Assembly: GCF_006345805.1 (NCBI RefSeq)
Contig: NC_043012.1
Span: 46,500,001 to 46,564,000, forward strand
Length of the DNA: 64,000 nt
Direction: 5' to 3'
From: Octopus sinensis
Lineage: Eukaryota
Shown: in pieces, positions 42,621 to 56,815 of the stretch
Numbering within the stretch: the stretch's first letter is position 1
How the letters are laid out: each line of letters starts with the position of its first letter
The notes under the pieces: model-generated
Database searches by the model: none
What the model saw: the letters and a program-made list of their open reading frames with translations, nothing else
Told to the model about the DNA's origin: nothing
Translations under genes and position numbers: made by a program

Positions 42621-43610
42621 CTGTGTTACTTTGTTTATCACACTCCTACGTACCCTTCTCATATTCATGGGGATTTTTCCTTATTGAGTATTCACCAAGT
42701 CGTTAACTCGTCTTTGAATTTCAAGTAATTCATTGAAGGGAATAGTAGGAGGAAGAGTAGCAGCTTGGTGAATAGACCAAGTTCTACAGGTCTATAAATA
42801 GATTCGGCGGATGGTGAGGAGGTCAGCATTGGACATTCTTGTGCGATAAAGAGACAAAAGAGGCCTCCACCCTTTGGGTCAGCAGATGCCAAATGTGTTT
42901 ACTACTACTAGCGATCAATGAGAACACTGACCTTGGCCTTTAAAAGAACCAATTCACTTTGTTCCATTCTTAATTACTGATAGAAAAAATAATAATATAT
43001 ACAGTGATGTTCACATCGTTGAATTTTTGAATTTCTGAATTCTTTTTATAAGTTTTGCTGTGGTTTACAGTTTTTGTAATTGTGCAGTTTGTATATATTG
43101 GCAGGTGATTACCTCCTTAATTTTGTTCTTTATTGTGCATTTAATTGTGTTGTTGCAATAAAAGGTACGTTTACATATCCGGTTAGTCAAGAAGAAAAGA
43201 AAGGTAACATTTTCACACAAAATTGTAGATATTAAAGTTTAAAAGTTTTCTAGAGATATTCATGTCCAATTGGTGAAGGCAGTAGTATTGTTAGCAATAA
43301 AAAGGATGTTTACATTTTCGAATACTCAGGATGAAAGTTAAGAAAAGAGAAGAAGAGTAAAGAAACTTGTAGATATTAAAGTTTTTAAAGCCGATCGTTT
43401 GTCTGTTCGAAAACTGTAGATATGTAAGTTTCTTATCTTATTTTGAGGGAAATTGAACATACTCAGAGAAAATTGTAGACATTCCAGTCTTTGAGAGCTA
43501 TTCTTCAGTTGTCCTGCTGGGTTGTATTAGTGTTTCTGTGTCTTCGGCTGCTGACTGGTCAGAGCAGCGAAGAATACATTCAGACGCTGTCAAGGCTGGC
43601 CCTATTCCAT

Positions 43611-43611
<1 letters not shown>

Positions 43612-43680
<69 letters not shown>

Positions 43681-43784
43681 CATCATCATCATCATCATCA
43701 TCACCACCATCACCATCATCATCATCATCATCATCATCATCATTATCATTATTATTATTAATATTATTATTATTATTATTATTC
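43612..43784. repeat. (TAT)n/(CAT)n array at the 3' flank of element A
   Basis: Seen directly. Confidence 0.95.
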
Positions 43785-45780
43785 TGTTTGACTTTTGCTT
43801 TATGTCTGTACAAGTTGGCTCCAAGTCTCACCTAGAGACCTCAAGAGACAACAGGTTAGAAGTTCTGTGCCATATATTTGGGTTTTTTTTTTCTTTGGTG
43901 TTTGTACTAGTGAATGTCTAATACATAAAAAAAAAGTAGAAAAAAAAAATAAATAAATAAATAGTTTGTTTTAAACCTTGGGATTACATAGAGAGTATTT
44001 TGCGTAGGATATGAGCAGTTCCCATGAGCACTATCTTTTGAATTTCTGCCATTTTGGGGTTTCCTGGTATCTGAGTTAGGTAGCAATCAGTCCCTTTCGC
44101 TATCATTCCTAGGGCACCTATGACAACAGGTATTGTTTTAGTCTTCAGCTTCCACATTTTGCTGATTTCTATTTCAAGATCTTTATATTTGCTCAGTTTT
44201 TGGTAGGTCTTGACAGATACGTTTATATCGATTGGGACAGTCATATCAATGAGGAGGCATGTTCTTTGTCTGAAGTCTTTCAATATAATGTCTGGCCTAT
44301 TTGCATCTATCTTCCTGTCAGTTTGAATGGTGAAGTTCCAGAGGAGTGAGATGTGGTCATTTTCAAGCACAGGAGGTGGATTGTGTTCCCACCAGTTTTT
44401 TCATGGGGCAAATCCAGGTTTTTGCAAATTACCCAGTGAATATATTGTGCAGCTCTATCATGCCTACTGAGGTACTCTGTAGGCGCTAGAAGACTGCATT
44501 TGGAGACAACAAGGTCAATGGTTTCATTTTGTTGTCGGCATACATGACATGTTGGGCTACTGCCGTTCTTTAATATGTTGGCCTGGTAGTTTCTTGTTGG
44601 TAGACATTGATCTTGAGCTGCTATGATAAACCCCTCTGTTTCAGATTTTAAGCCAGAGGCCATTAGCCATTGATGGGTCAGGGCTTTGTCGATATCTGCA
44701 TTATTCGCTCTCTTTGGGTATTTGCCATAGAGAGGTTTTTCTTGCCATTTATTATTCAGAATATCTAAGGCCGTAGTTTTGGCACGGGTTTTCATGCGCC
44801 TAGCTTTTTCCGTGCTTGTTTCTTGTATATCAATCTCTAATTCCGAAATTGGTTGTATTCGGAATTCACTTAGATATTCCTTTGCCTGTTTTGTTACTGA
44901 GTATGATGCTTTCTTGTTTTCATGTTTTGAGACAAGTTTTAACATCCAGTCCTCAGAGTTTTTCAGGTAGGTGTCTAGGCCAATTGTAGCAATCTTCATT
45001 GTTATTGCCAGTTGCAAAAGACCACGGCCTCCCTCTTTTCTTGGCAGATAGAGTCGTTCTATATCTGCCTTAGGGTGGTGCATTCTATGCATTGTCAACA
45101 GTTTCCTTATTTTTCTGTCGAACTGACATATTTCAGTAATTGACCAGTTAACAATATTGAAACTGTAAGTCACGACTGGTATGGCTAATGCATTGATCGC
45201 TTCGATCCTGTTTCTTGCATTCAGCTCTGTCTTGAGTATTGCTCTCACTCTTCGATAGCATTCTCTCCTGATCCTTTCCTTCATCTCTGAATGCCTTATT
45301 CCGTTCCCTTCAATTACCCTTAGGTACTTGTAGCTCTCCGCTGGGTCTAGTTCTTTTATGACATTCTGTTGGTCAAGCTTAACGTTAGATGTTTCTGTCA
45401 TTTTTCCTTTGATAAAGGTCGCCTTTGCACATTTATCGAGGCCGAATTGCATTCTGATGTCGTCACTGAATTGTTTGACTATCGCTAGTAAGCCCTTGAG
45501 TTGTTCGTCATTTTTTGCAAAAAGCTTTAAATCATCCATGTAAACGAGATGATTTATATTTTTATCAAACATTTTATACCCGTACTGCGCGTCTTTGAGC
45601 AGCTTTGAGAGAGGTATTAAGGATAAACAAAAGAGGAGTGGTGACAGTGAGTCACCCTGGAAAATGCCACACGAAATTTTTACATCACCAGCATTTAGGG
45701 ATTCATTGTCACTGTTCAGAGTTAGTGTGGTTCTCCATGATCTCATACTTACAGTCAAGAAGTTTCGCAGAGTAGGTGCT
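43785..45780 (-). mobile_element. Young 5'-truncated R4/Dong-like RLE LINE (element A)
   Basis: ORF 44307-45758 has GIFQGDSLSP, YMDDLKL, CHVC..C and RHD. ORF 43984-44370 has the RLE RPDI..LIDMTVP..K..KY. They are joined by one frameshift in an A-run near 44396-44401. Both ends abut (AAT)n. Confidence 0.95.
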
Positions 45781-46013
<233 letters not shown>

Positions 46014-46112
46014 TAGTTTTTTTTTATTTTTATAGCGTGCTTTCACTTCACTACCGAGCGCAGCTCTGTGTGCCTTGGGTATGTGCTGTGATTTGTTGTG
46101 ATGCTCTGATGG

Positions 46113-49100
46113 TTATTGTATGGAAAGTGTTCTGCGTAGGATGTGTGCAGTGCCTAGTAGTGCAATTTTCTGTATGTTATATGTGTTTGTAAGTCCTGGT
46201 GTTTTTGTTATGTATTTGTCTGAATATTTTTTTATCATGCCTAATGCACCTACTATGATAGGAATTGTTTCTGTTTTCAGATTCCACATTCTAGTTACCT
46301 CTATTTCCAGGTCTTTGTATTTTGAGAGTTTCTCAATTTCTTTTAGAGACACGTTGTCATCTGCCAGTACTGATACATCAATTAGAAAGCATTTTTTTTC
46401 TTCATGGTCTCTGACAACTATACCTGGTCTGTTGGCCTTAATTTCTCTATCTGTGTGTATCGGCATATCCCAGAGTATGGTTGCTTTCTCGTTTTCTGTG
46501 ACCTTTTCTGGTGTGTGCCTATACCATCTTTTTTCTGTTGTTATTCCATAATGTTGGCATAGCTTCCAATGTATGTAAGTTCCAACTCTGTCATGTCTGT
46601 GAATATATTCCTTCTTAGCCAGGACTGGGCAGCTAGAGATAATATGATTTATTGTTTCTTGTCCATCTCCACATATTCTGCAGTTACTTGTAATATTTCT
46701 TTTCATTACATGTTTTTGGTAATTTCTGGTGGGGAGGCTTTGGTCTTGTGCTGCAATTAAAAATCCCTCTGTTTCTGCTTTGAGTCCTGAGCTTCTCAAC
46801 CATTGCTGGGATTTTTCTTTGTCTATTTCTTTTGCGTTTAGTTTAGTCCAGTATTTACCATGAAGGGGCTTTTCTTGCCATCGTTTTATCATGGTTCGTT
46901 GCTGTTCTATTTTTAGTTTGGATTTCGTTTTTTTTATAGCTTTTGTTGTTTCTTCTTCATCTTCTTCTTCTTCTTCATGTTTATTAGGTGGTATGATTTC
47001 TTGTTTGTATTTGTCAGCTTCCTTAAATACTGAGAACAGTTTTTTGTTTTGCTCGTGTTTTGCCGCTATCTGGATCAGTTTTCCTTCCTTCTGAAGTAGA
47101 TATTTTTGCAGTCCTATGGTGGTTATTTTATAGTAGTTTTCCAGCTGTATAAGGCCTCTACCACCTTCTATACGTTGTATATATAGTCTTTCTATGTCAG
47201 ATTTTGGGTGATGCATCCTAGATCCTGTCATTATTTTTCTTGTTTTCCTGTCTATTTTGGTCAGTTCATTTCGTGTCCAGTTAAGGATATTGTAGCTGTA
47301 ACTTATAACTGGGACAGCTAAAGTGTTGATACCTATTATCTTGTTTTTAGCTCTGTGTTTAGTATTGATCTAACTCGTCTATAATATTCTTTTTTTATTT
47401 TCTCTTTCATTTGTGTGTGTTGTGTCTTATCTAGTTCATGGATTCCTAAGTATTTGTAAGTTTGGCTTTGGTCTAATTCTTTTATTTCATTTGCTTCATC
47501 TAGTGTGATGTTGTTACTTTTAACTAGTTTTCCTCTTTTCATGGTTACTTTGGCGCATTTTTCTAATCCAAATTTCATATCTATTTCATTGGTAAATCCA
47601 TGAACTGTCATTAATAGTGTTTCCAGCTGTTTGTCATTTGCAGCGTATAGTTTTAGGTCATCCATATATAAAAGGTGGCTGATCGTTTTGCCGTAACATT
47701 TATATCCGCATCCAGTTCTATTTAGCATATCAGATAGAGGTGACAGTGCCAAGCAGAAAAGGAGTGGAGAGAGCGTGTCTCCCTGGAATATTCCTCTTCT
47801 AATGGGGATGTCTTTGGTTTTCATGAGTCCCTCTTTTGTTTGGAGGTGTAGGACTGTTTGCCATTTATTCATAGAGTGCTCTATGAATTTTATGATTGTT
47901 GGTGCTACTTTGTTAATGGCTAGTGTTTCGAGGATCCATGTGTGGGGGATGCTATCAAACGCCTTTTTGTAGTCAATCCAGGCCATACTGAGGCCTTTCT
48001 TCTTTCTGTGGCTGTCTTCAGTTATGGCTTTATTAATCATTAGTTGATCTTTACAGCCATATGAGCCTTTGCGGCATCCTTTCTGCTCTTCTGGGAACAG
48101 TTTGTTTTCGTCCAGGTGCTTGTTCAGCCTTTGTGATATCACTGCAGTAAATGCCTTGAACATAGTAGGGAGGCAGGTTATTGGTCTGTAGTTTTCTGGT
48201 TTTTCTGTTTCATTTGATTTGGGAATTAAGATGGTTTTCCCCTTCGTGAGCCATTCAGGCATTGTCTCTGGCTCTGCTAGTACGTTGTTAAAGTTTTCAG
48301 CCAGCTTTTTGTGCATTCCTGTTAGATATTTCAACCAGAAGTTGGGGATCTTGTCATGCCCAGGTGCCTTCCAGTTGCTTAGTCTTTGCAGTGCTTGGGT
48401 GACCTCTTCAGTTGTTATGGGGGTCCAAGTTTGTTCAGATGCCGAGTTTGTTATTTTGATACTCCTTTTTTTTGTGGTGGTTCGTTCGCCGACCATATTT
48501 CTCCCAGAATTCTTCCAATTCTTCTGCCGTTGGTGCTGCAGTGACTTCTATTTTATTTTTGCCCAGTTCTTGGTAGAACTTTTTGGGGTCGGAGTTGAAC
48601 TTTTTGTTCTGTTCAAAGAATATCTTGCTTCAGCTTTTCTTTTATCTCCGGCAAATCTTTTTCTGTGGTGTTATATTTGCGGAGCATTTTTGTTCTCTTT
48701 TTGTTGCTCAGTAGCGTTGCTTGTTTGCTGATTTCATTAAGAATCGACAGGTCTTTTCTAATTTTTTTTTTTTTTTATTTTGGATGTTATTTACCCACAG
48801 GGTTTGTTTGGGTGGTGGTACTCCTGTTCGGGCGGGTTTGGGTGAGTATCCAGCTTCTTTTGTGGCTGCAGTGGCTGCTGCGTATATCAAGTCATTTAGT
48901 TCAGTGATATCACTTTTTTTTTGTTTCAGTGGCTAGTTCAGTGACGGCTAGGTTTATGTTGTTTATAATTGGTGTTGTTATTGCGTTTATTTTTATTCTT
49001 GGGAGGTATGGTCGGTGGTCCATTTTGAGCTCTGTGGTTTTTAGTTCTTTGATTATTTTATTTTTTATATTATCATAATCATTAGGCTCCCCTTCGTTGT

Positions 49101-49707
49101 TTACATCGTGTTTGTTGGGAATGTTGCGTTTGTCTTCGTGTTTTACAGTTTCAGTGTTTATATTATTGGGCATTGTTGTGTGGCTTCTATCTACATTTTC
49201 CTGGTGTATGTTTTCTTTTAGGTGTTCTATTTCTATTTCTGATATTTCTTTTGTGTTGAGAATGTATCTTCGTACGTTAGCTAATTTATTAGGGTTCATT
49301 GCTGTATCCAAGTCTAAATCTCTATTATTTTCCTTCCATATTTTATATGTATGTGTTGTTGTATTTTCATTTTTGGGGTAGAGTACTGCTGTGAAGTATG
49401 CGTGTAAGATAGAAATGTATTCCTCACGTGTCCATTTACGTCTTTTGGGTTTTATTTGCGGGACATGAGGTACAACGTCCGGCCCATTATTTTGACGGTC
49501 GTCATTTTCGTAGGGTACCGGTCCGTTTATTTCTGTTGTCACATTATTTCGCACGTGTAGTTTTTCGTACATTTTTTGTTGTAGGTTTAATGTACGTACC
49601 GCTCGATTGTTATTCTTGGGTTGAATAGTATCGGTGGCATTTAATTTCTTCGTAGTTCCTTTGTACGTGGTGTTTGGGGTCGGAGATGATCGTGATGTTT
49701 CACGCAT
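46113..49707 (-). pseudogene. Disrupted ORF of element B (RT + zinc knuckle + restriction-like endonuclease)
   Basis: Pieces 48910-49707, 48708-48890, 47336-48496 (NYRPITCL, AWIDYKKAFDSIPH, QGDTLSP, YMDDLKL) and 46113-47231 (CRICGD..C, RHD, RPGI..LIDVSV..EK..KY). Several frameshifts, some at homopolymers, plus an apparent short deletion near 48620. Confidence 0.9.
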
Positions 49708-49910
49708 GTTTACATGTGTTGCGTTAGAGGTGGAGATGATATCGAGTCAAAATACATCATTTCGTTTCGAAAATAGTAATAAATTTCAGTTTGTATTACT
49801 TACTCGGATACAGTCCAATTCTTTGTTAGTAAAACTTTGGCTCCATAGGATGTCCTTGTTTTCGATGTTTGTGGATAGGTTTCGGAGCTCTGAATTTTCC
49901 TTCTTACATC

Positions 49911-50088
49911 TTAAAAGTCCCCCGGTGTTCTTTTAAAAGTCCCCCGGTGTTCCTCTTAAAAGTCCCCCGGTGTTCCTCTTAAAAGTCCCCCGGTGTTCCT
50001 CTTAAAAGTCCCCCGGTGTTCCTCTTAAAAGTCCCCCGGTGTTCTCTTAAAAGTCCCCCGGTGTTCTCTTAAAAGTCCCCCGGTGTTC
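49911..50088 (-). repeat. 8 tandem copies of a 22-23 bp unit in the 5' UTR of element B
   Basis: TTAAAAGTCCCCCGGTGTTC(C)TC starting at 49911, 49933, 49956, 49979, 50002, 50025, 50047 and 50069. Confidence 0.95.
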
Positions 50089-50094
50089 GGGGAC

Positions 50095-50421
<327 letters not shown>

Positions 50422-50865
50422 TTATCGCTACAACTCTACTACATGCTAATTTAGTTAGCACTTATTTTTTCTTGAAAATAAATATCAAATTTTCCTTTGG
50501 ATGTTTGAAGGATATAGAATGGCAGCATTTTTGCTGTGGTGCCAAATGCAGCTATTAATACAGGAATAATTTTTTTTAGTCTTCCACAAGCAAAGTACTT
50601 ATTCCTGATATTTACACAGGTATTTGAGTTCCTTGACCTGAGATTGAGATGTATTTTCTTTATAATGTATTGTGCAGGAATTTTATATTCCATGTAATAT
50701 TGCTTCTGGTCTCTTAGCTTTCAGATTATGAATCGTCGGAAACAATAACATAAATAACTTTACATCTACTCTCGAGCATACATACATACATACATACATA
50801 CATACATACATACATACATACATACATACATACATACATACATCATACATACGTACATACATACA

Positions 50866-50901
<36 letters not shown>

Positions 50902-52039
50902 TATACATGCACACAAGCATAGACACTTCTACACACACACATTTATGTATCTATGTATTGTATACACAAATAAATACATGCATACATACGTAATACATAC
51001 ATATATACATATACATATTTAATTATTAGGATGAGGATTCCGATAGAATCAAAGTACTTTAAAAGGTATGTCTGTGGTTACGGCCTACGCTTGGTGTGGG
51101 TCGAAATATCAGATAGGATATTTCGGTTGTGTACACACAGAAAACCAACTGTATGAGCATTTAGCGCCTACAGAGCTGGTCCAAATTACGCGTATCATAA
51201 CTATACTGCAAATACGGGATACGACCATATCGGCAACAACACAAATAAAAATGAAGATAAATTTAAAAGCAAAAGTTCTTCACTCAAACCCCTATCAAAT
51301 TAAGGAGATAGGAAGCATTGCGTATGTAAGGGTAAAAACAGGAAACATGACGTAATATGGTATAATCTTCCCTTAAATTCCGTAAAAATACTAATATAAG
51401 TGGAAAATTATTTAGTATACTAAAGCAAAATTTCTCAAGTATTACTGTTTATTCTGCCGTAGAAACATAAGGGTCTCCTACTCAACACACCCCAATCTAG
51501 ATGCTATTATACCCAGCCTGATGAAGAAACACTTAACCATGGCTAGATGTAGTTATAATTTCTCTAGCACCAACGCTCCCAATAAAAATCGTAGAAAAAC
51601 AAAATGATAATGATAATATTAACATTCTTACTTCTACCGACAAAAAATACTATATACACAACAGTAAGTTGTGTATATAGTATTGCAAGTTGGTGACAAT
51701 AGCCAGAAGCCACTAATGAGGATAACAGCTGTAAAAACTACGTCACAACCATCAATAGCTTGAGCTCACACAACACCTCTTCTTACAACACTCTCTCCGC
51801 CAGCAGTAACGGCGGTGTCCAGTCAACTCGTCGACAGCAATTTGTCGTCGTTTAACTTGTCCCCAGTCAGTTCATTTTTGGTCAATTCGTCCCCAGGTCA
51901 ATTCGTCGTCAGTAAATTCGTCAAGATCATAGGAAAGATGGATGAACGACCAATACTTATATCTATATCTGTTGGTCCGTAAACCTCAAGTGGCGCTTAC
52001 ACAACCACTTTTCATATTTCAAATTAAAACATAGGGGCT

Positions 52040-53515
52040 GGCAGGACATCCCTAACCACAAAGGTCTGGGAACTCAAAGACGACAATGTTAAATCTGATT
52101 TAAGTTGGGACATCATTTGAGTCCCTAAAACGTACTTAAACCCGAGGTACGTATGCAGACTTTGCTGGATGGAACTATTTGAAATGCTAAGATCTAATAG
52201 TGAAAATCTACTAAACAATAAACTAGACTGTCGTCTTTCCTGCATACATAAGTCTACCTGCACGTTCAAATACTTTAAGAACAGTAAACACTTCTATAAT
52301 AGCCCCAACCTAGATCCAATCCAATTTATTTCCTCCTTCCCAGACCCTTAGCCTATCGAACTACCCATTCGCTTCTGAGCACTCCTAGTTTCCTTTTCAC
52401 TTTACCAATAACTTCTCCGCTCTTACTATACTTGTTTAGTATGTTAAATGGAAGGAACTAACCATTTTATCTAAGATGTACCTGGTATTATGCAATTGCG
52501 ATGAGACTAACATGTATTCGCTGCCTAGACGGTCTCTTTTCATTTCTACTACTGAAGTACTCCTTCCACCAGCATACAGTTTTGAGCGGCGCTTGTTATA
52601 TAATATATAGAACACACTATCTAAACCTTATATCCACGACTATTGTCTTCAGTTGCTTCACTTGATTCACACAAATATTATTATACCATTCAATTTTGAT
52701 ATCGTAGCCACTCGTTCAACATTCCATAATTATTCATTAGACTACTCCCAATGGTTGGCCTTCCTGATTCCGATCTGCTATTTCCTCTAACCTTGTACTA
52801 GGTGTTTTTTTCATTATATCACCCCATTCTGCTTTAAATTTATATTTTTTAATTTCACATTTTTATTTCTAAACTCCTTTTTGAGAGGTAGCACTCTAAC
52901 TTTAATTCCATAAGTTCCATCTAACTATTTGATAGCCTCCGTACTCACCTCTCTCTCGCCACACACACATTTCCAAACAATATCCACCGAATGCCCCTAA
53001 ATATCTGTTTCTCCTCTCCCCTGGTCATTTATCATTAGCAAGAGACTCCCATACCCGACTCTATACCTAACCGGCTGGTATGCCTTTATTTTTATTTTAT
53101 TCTTATTTTTCTTTCACCCTTACGTTTGATTTATTTATCTTCTCTCTTTTCCCTTATTTATTGGTTTATGAGAATCTCCTTACTTACCACAAACCCACAG
53201 ATTACCATAATAAATTTCCTCCTACAACCCACTCCAGTGTACCCCTGATCTGGTCTAGCAGACTCCTTCTCACTGGAATCAATGACTTTAGATATCAAAT
53301 TACATATCTTAAAGAACTACATTCTTAACCAAAACTGCCAACATAGTTGCTCATTCGCCCCGTTCATAGCTGACCTCGTAAGACATAACCCTGTTGTATT
53401 CTCAGATATTCTTTTATTTCGTAAATTACTTTTCAACTGATGATTACGGTCTTTTATAATCATGTAACGTTCTCATTCTTCTATAAAAAGTTACACAAGA
53501 AACAGCTGTAATAAG
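52040..53515 (+). mobile_element. PLE 3' relic: GIY-YIG C-terminus plus long 3' tail ending in a hammerhead-like remnant
   Basis: KVWELKDDNVKSDLSWDII..CRLCWMELFEMLRSNSENLLNNKLDCRLSCIHK matches the PLE EN tail pattern (WELK..I.W.I..C.LC..E...LLNK...CRH). Ends with GAAACAGCTGTAA at 53499-53511. Confidence 0.65.
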
Positions 53516-53684
53516 CGGACAATTATCCATCATATGATATTATTCATTTGATTACACACACAAACACACACACACAGATATATATATATGTATATATATG
53601 TACGTATGGACATATATTATATGTATATATATATATTATATATATATATATATATATTATATATAATATAAATGTACATATATA

Positions 53685-53760
<76 letters not shown>

Positions 53761-54132
53761 CATATATATATATATATACATATATATATATGTACATATA
53801 TATATGTATATATATATATACATATATATATATATGTATATATATATATGTATATATATATATAGTGTGTGTGTGTGTGGATGTGTGTGTTTATGTGCAT
53901 TTGGCATTATACGCAACGATATGAAACGAGAATGAAATAGGCTTTCGGAATTGGGAAATTCTTAAGTGTGTGTGTAGCTATGAAATTGTTTGATGAAGTT
54001 TGTTCATTGAATTTGAAGTTAATATATATTTCTTATGCATGAGCACTGATAATATCGTCCCGTATATAAAACTGCATAAACTCCACGTTATGATCACATG
54101 AACATTTCCTAAACTGTATATTTGTTCATCAC

Positions 54133-54243
54133 TAGAATATACTTACATGAAATACAATTGTCGGCGGAAAGATAGATCGACGATATATTTTATCGTCGAT
54201 CTATCTTTCCGCCGACAATTCTATTTCATCTAAGTATATTCTA
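54133..54243. repeat. 111-bp near-perfect inverted repeat (53-bp arms, 5-nt loop)
   Basis: Inner 30 bp (54156-54185 / 54191-54220) are perfectly complementary; two C:C mismatches in the outer stem. Confidence 0.95.
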
Positions 54244-55039
54244 ATGTAATGATGTATCGCTGTATCAATAAATAATATTTGCAAAAGTGTAAATGAAAGC
54301 AAGGAAGAAAAATAAACGCATATTTTATATCCTCATACATTTCGTTATTCAGTGTAACAGCTTCGTTGAAAATATTGATAGCAATATCTTTGTTTTTTAT
54401 CATATTATCTAAATAGACTTATTTTTTATTGATGTCATTTCATTTCAATAAATATAGCATTTGTATTGTCGCTGCTTCGATGGATTTTTAAATAGAAATG
54501 TATAATGTAAGAACAAGGAAAGTAAGTAAAGGAAATTAAATGTCTATAAAATGAAATAGAAACATTTATTAAATTTCTGCAACGTTGTTTATCAAAATAA
54601 GTTCGCCTTTGCAGAAACTGTTAATGATATATTTATGAAAAAAGCTATCATCAAGGAAAATGCTAGCTATCGAACCAAGTTTGCCGGAGAATGTTGTTAA
54701 ATGTCATTGGTGAAATATAATATATCTTATATAAATATTGGTGATACTAAGAGAATTACAAGTGTTCTCTATATGTATTTTTACATTAACTAAAAGAATC
54801 TTGTATAGAAAGTATGTAATATTCAAAGAGACATGGATAAAATAGGAATGAATGTGAATCGTCAGCATATCTGTATGGTAATGACTTATTTTAGATGTTT
54901 CCATAAGATACCAATGCGCAACTATCATTAGAAGTATATCGTTTTTTACCAAACCTACATTTTGCTATATTATATGACCGCTTATGATTTTAACTTGTCA
55001 TATTTACACGCATCTTCTCTGACACATAAACACATACAC

Positions 55040-55050
55040 ATACACACACA

Positions 55051-55129
<79 letters not shown>

Positions 55130-55149
55130 TTATCTATCAATCTATCTAC

Positions 55150-55217
<68 letters not shown>

Positions 55218-55222
55218 TTATC

Positions 55223-55264
<42 letters not shown>

Positions 55265-55265
55265 C

Positions 55266-55320
<55 letters not shown>

Positions 55321-55443
55321 CCTATCTCTCTGTCTGTCTGTATGTATGTCTCTCTATCTATCTACCTATCTACTTACCCATCTGTCTACCTATCTACCTA
55401 TCTATCTAATTATCTGTCTACCTATCTCCTTATCCATCCATCC

Positions 55444-55510
<67 letters not shown>
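55040..55510. repeat. Long (TCTA)n microsatellite
   Basis: Seen directly. Confidence 0.95.
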
Positions 55511-55511
<1 letters not shown>

Positions 55512-55512
55512 G

Positions 55513-55579
<67 letters not shown>

Positions 55580-55611
55580 ATATATATATATATATGAAGC
55601 ATTTTTCTTCA

Positions 55612-55680
55612 TGATCTTTGCTATCATTCACAGTACACCTATGACAACAGGTAGTGTTTTAGTCTTGAGTTTCCACATGC
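55612..55680 (-). mobile_element. Short RLE-domain fragment of the element A family
   Basis: cacctatgacaacaggtagtgttttagtcttgagtttccaca matches 44116-44157. Confidence 0.7.
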
Positions 55681-55829
55681 ATGCAGGTATACTCTTATGT
55701 TCCTTCTGCATGTTTCTCACTTGTTTGCCACTCAAACAACCTTCACTTATTACACGTATTCATGTATACCTTGTACTTCATTACTATGTCCTCGCTATAG
55801 TTTTGCTGATATTCATATTTAAATAAGGT

Positions 55830-56815
55830 AAAATACGTGATCTATCGGATTTCCAAAGCCGAATAAACATTGCTGGGACGCGGATGGTAGGAGCTTCAGT
55901 CATTAAAACTACCCAATGATTTAATGCATCGTGAATTACAGTCCCTAAAATCATGTTGGAATTCCAAAGCTAAGATGAAAATCTGATGTGTGAAGCATAA
56001 TTTTTGATGGAAGAGAAAGATCCCAGATAGGGACCGAAGAATAATGAAGGGTATAGTGTCTAACATATGCCATCACACTACGGCAGTAAATTTACCACCA
56101 CTTTCCCAAATCGGTGTCAACTAAAACCATTGGTCGTGAACTCTCTATAGCTGGGTAAACTGGCAGCAGATTTATTGCTAAAACTAACCTTTCCGCCATC
56201 AAAATTGATAAAAACGGAGCCAAATTGTGTTCACACAATCAGACTTTGTCGATGGCACAATGGAACAATCACAGCTTTCTGATGACCCGTAATTCTCCAT
56301 TCCCCGACTTCAAGGCTACAAAGACCAACACAGTGGCTTCTGCCAAGAAGTACAGAAGTGGCAGCTACTTCAGGGTTTTTGCATTATATGACAAAGATTA
56401 TGTACATTTTGCCTGGTTTTGTCTATCGTATCTTACAAACATTGCTCTTTTATGGTAGAGCAGAATTTCATGAAGATAGTACACCGATTCGCATGACATG
56501 TTATTCAAAATTTGTACAAGGAGTATATAAGAAAACATATTATTTGGATGGCCTCCGCATTTCCCGACTCTCAATATCTCAATACAAGACTCATGATGAA
56601 TTTTGGAAAACCAATCTGTTTTTCTTCGCCATCATTGCTGAGAGATCTAAAGAAAGTTTTACATGAAGAATGGCTCAAAATGACCCGAACAACAGTTTAG
56701 AAATGTACGAATCAGTTAGTCGACGTATTAAAGCTGTTATTGATGACAAAGGTTGACTAACGCCATAAGCAATACGAAATCTTCCCTTTTAACAAAGTAT
56801 TTCCATTATTTTGTG
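55830..56815 (+). mobile_element. Degenerate Tc1-like transposon
   Basis: RDLSDFQ..RMVGASV; STKTIGREL; AEFHEDSTP (QDNAP-like); PSLLRDLKKVLHEEWLK..YES..RRIKAVIDDKG. Confidence 0.75.

Noticed and set aside
46113-49707. Idea that element B is intact and broken only by sequencing errors
   Set aside because: Besides homopolymer shifts it shows apparent multi-codon deletions (near 48620 and 48470), so this copy is probably truly defective.
49911-50088. CRISPR-like array
   Set aside because: The units are contiguous with no spacers, no cas genes are present, and the context is eukaryotic.
51520-51550. cctgatgaagaaacac..ccatgg hammerhead-like string
   Set aside because: No stem II between CTGATGA and GAAA; at best a deleted relic.
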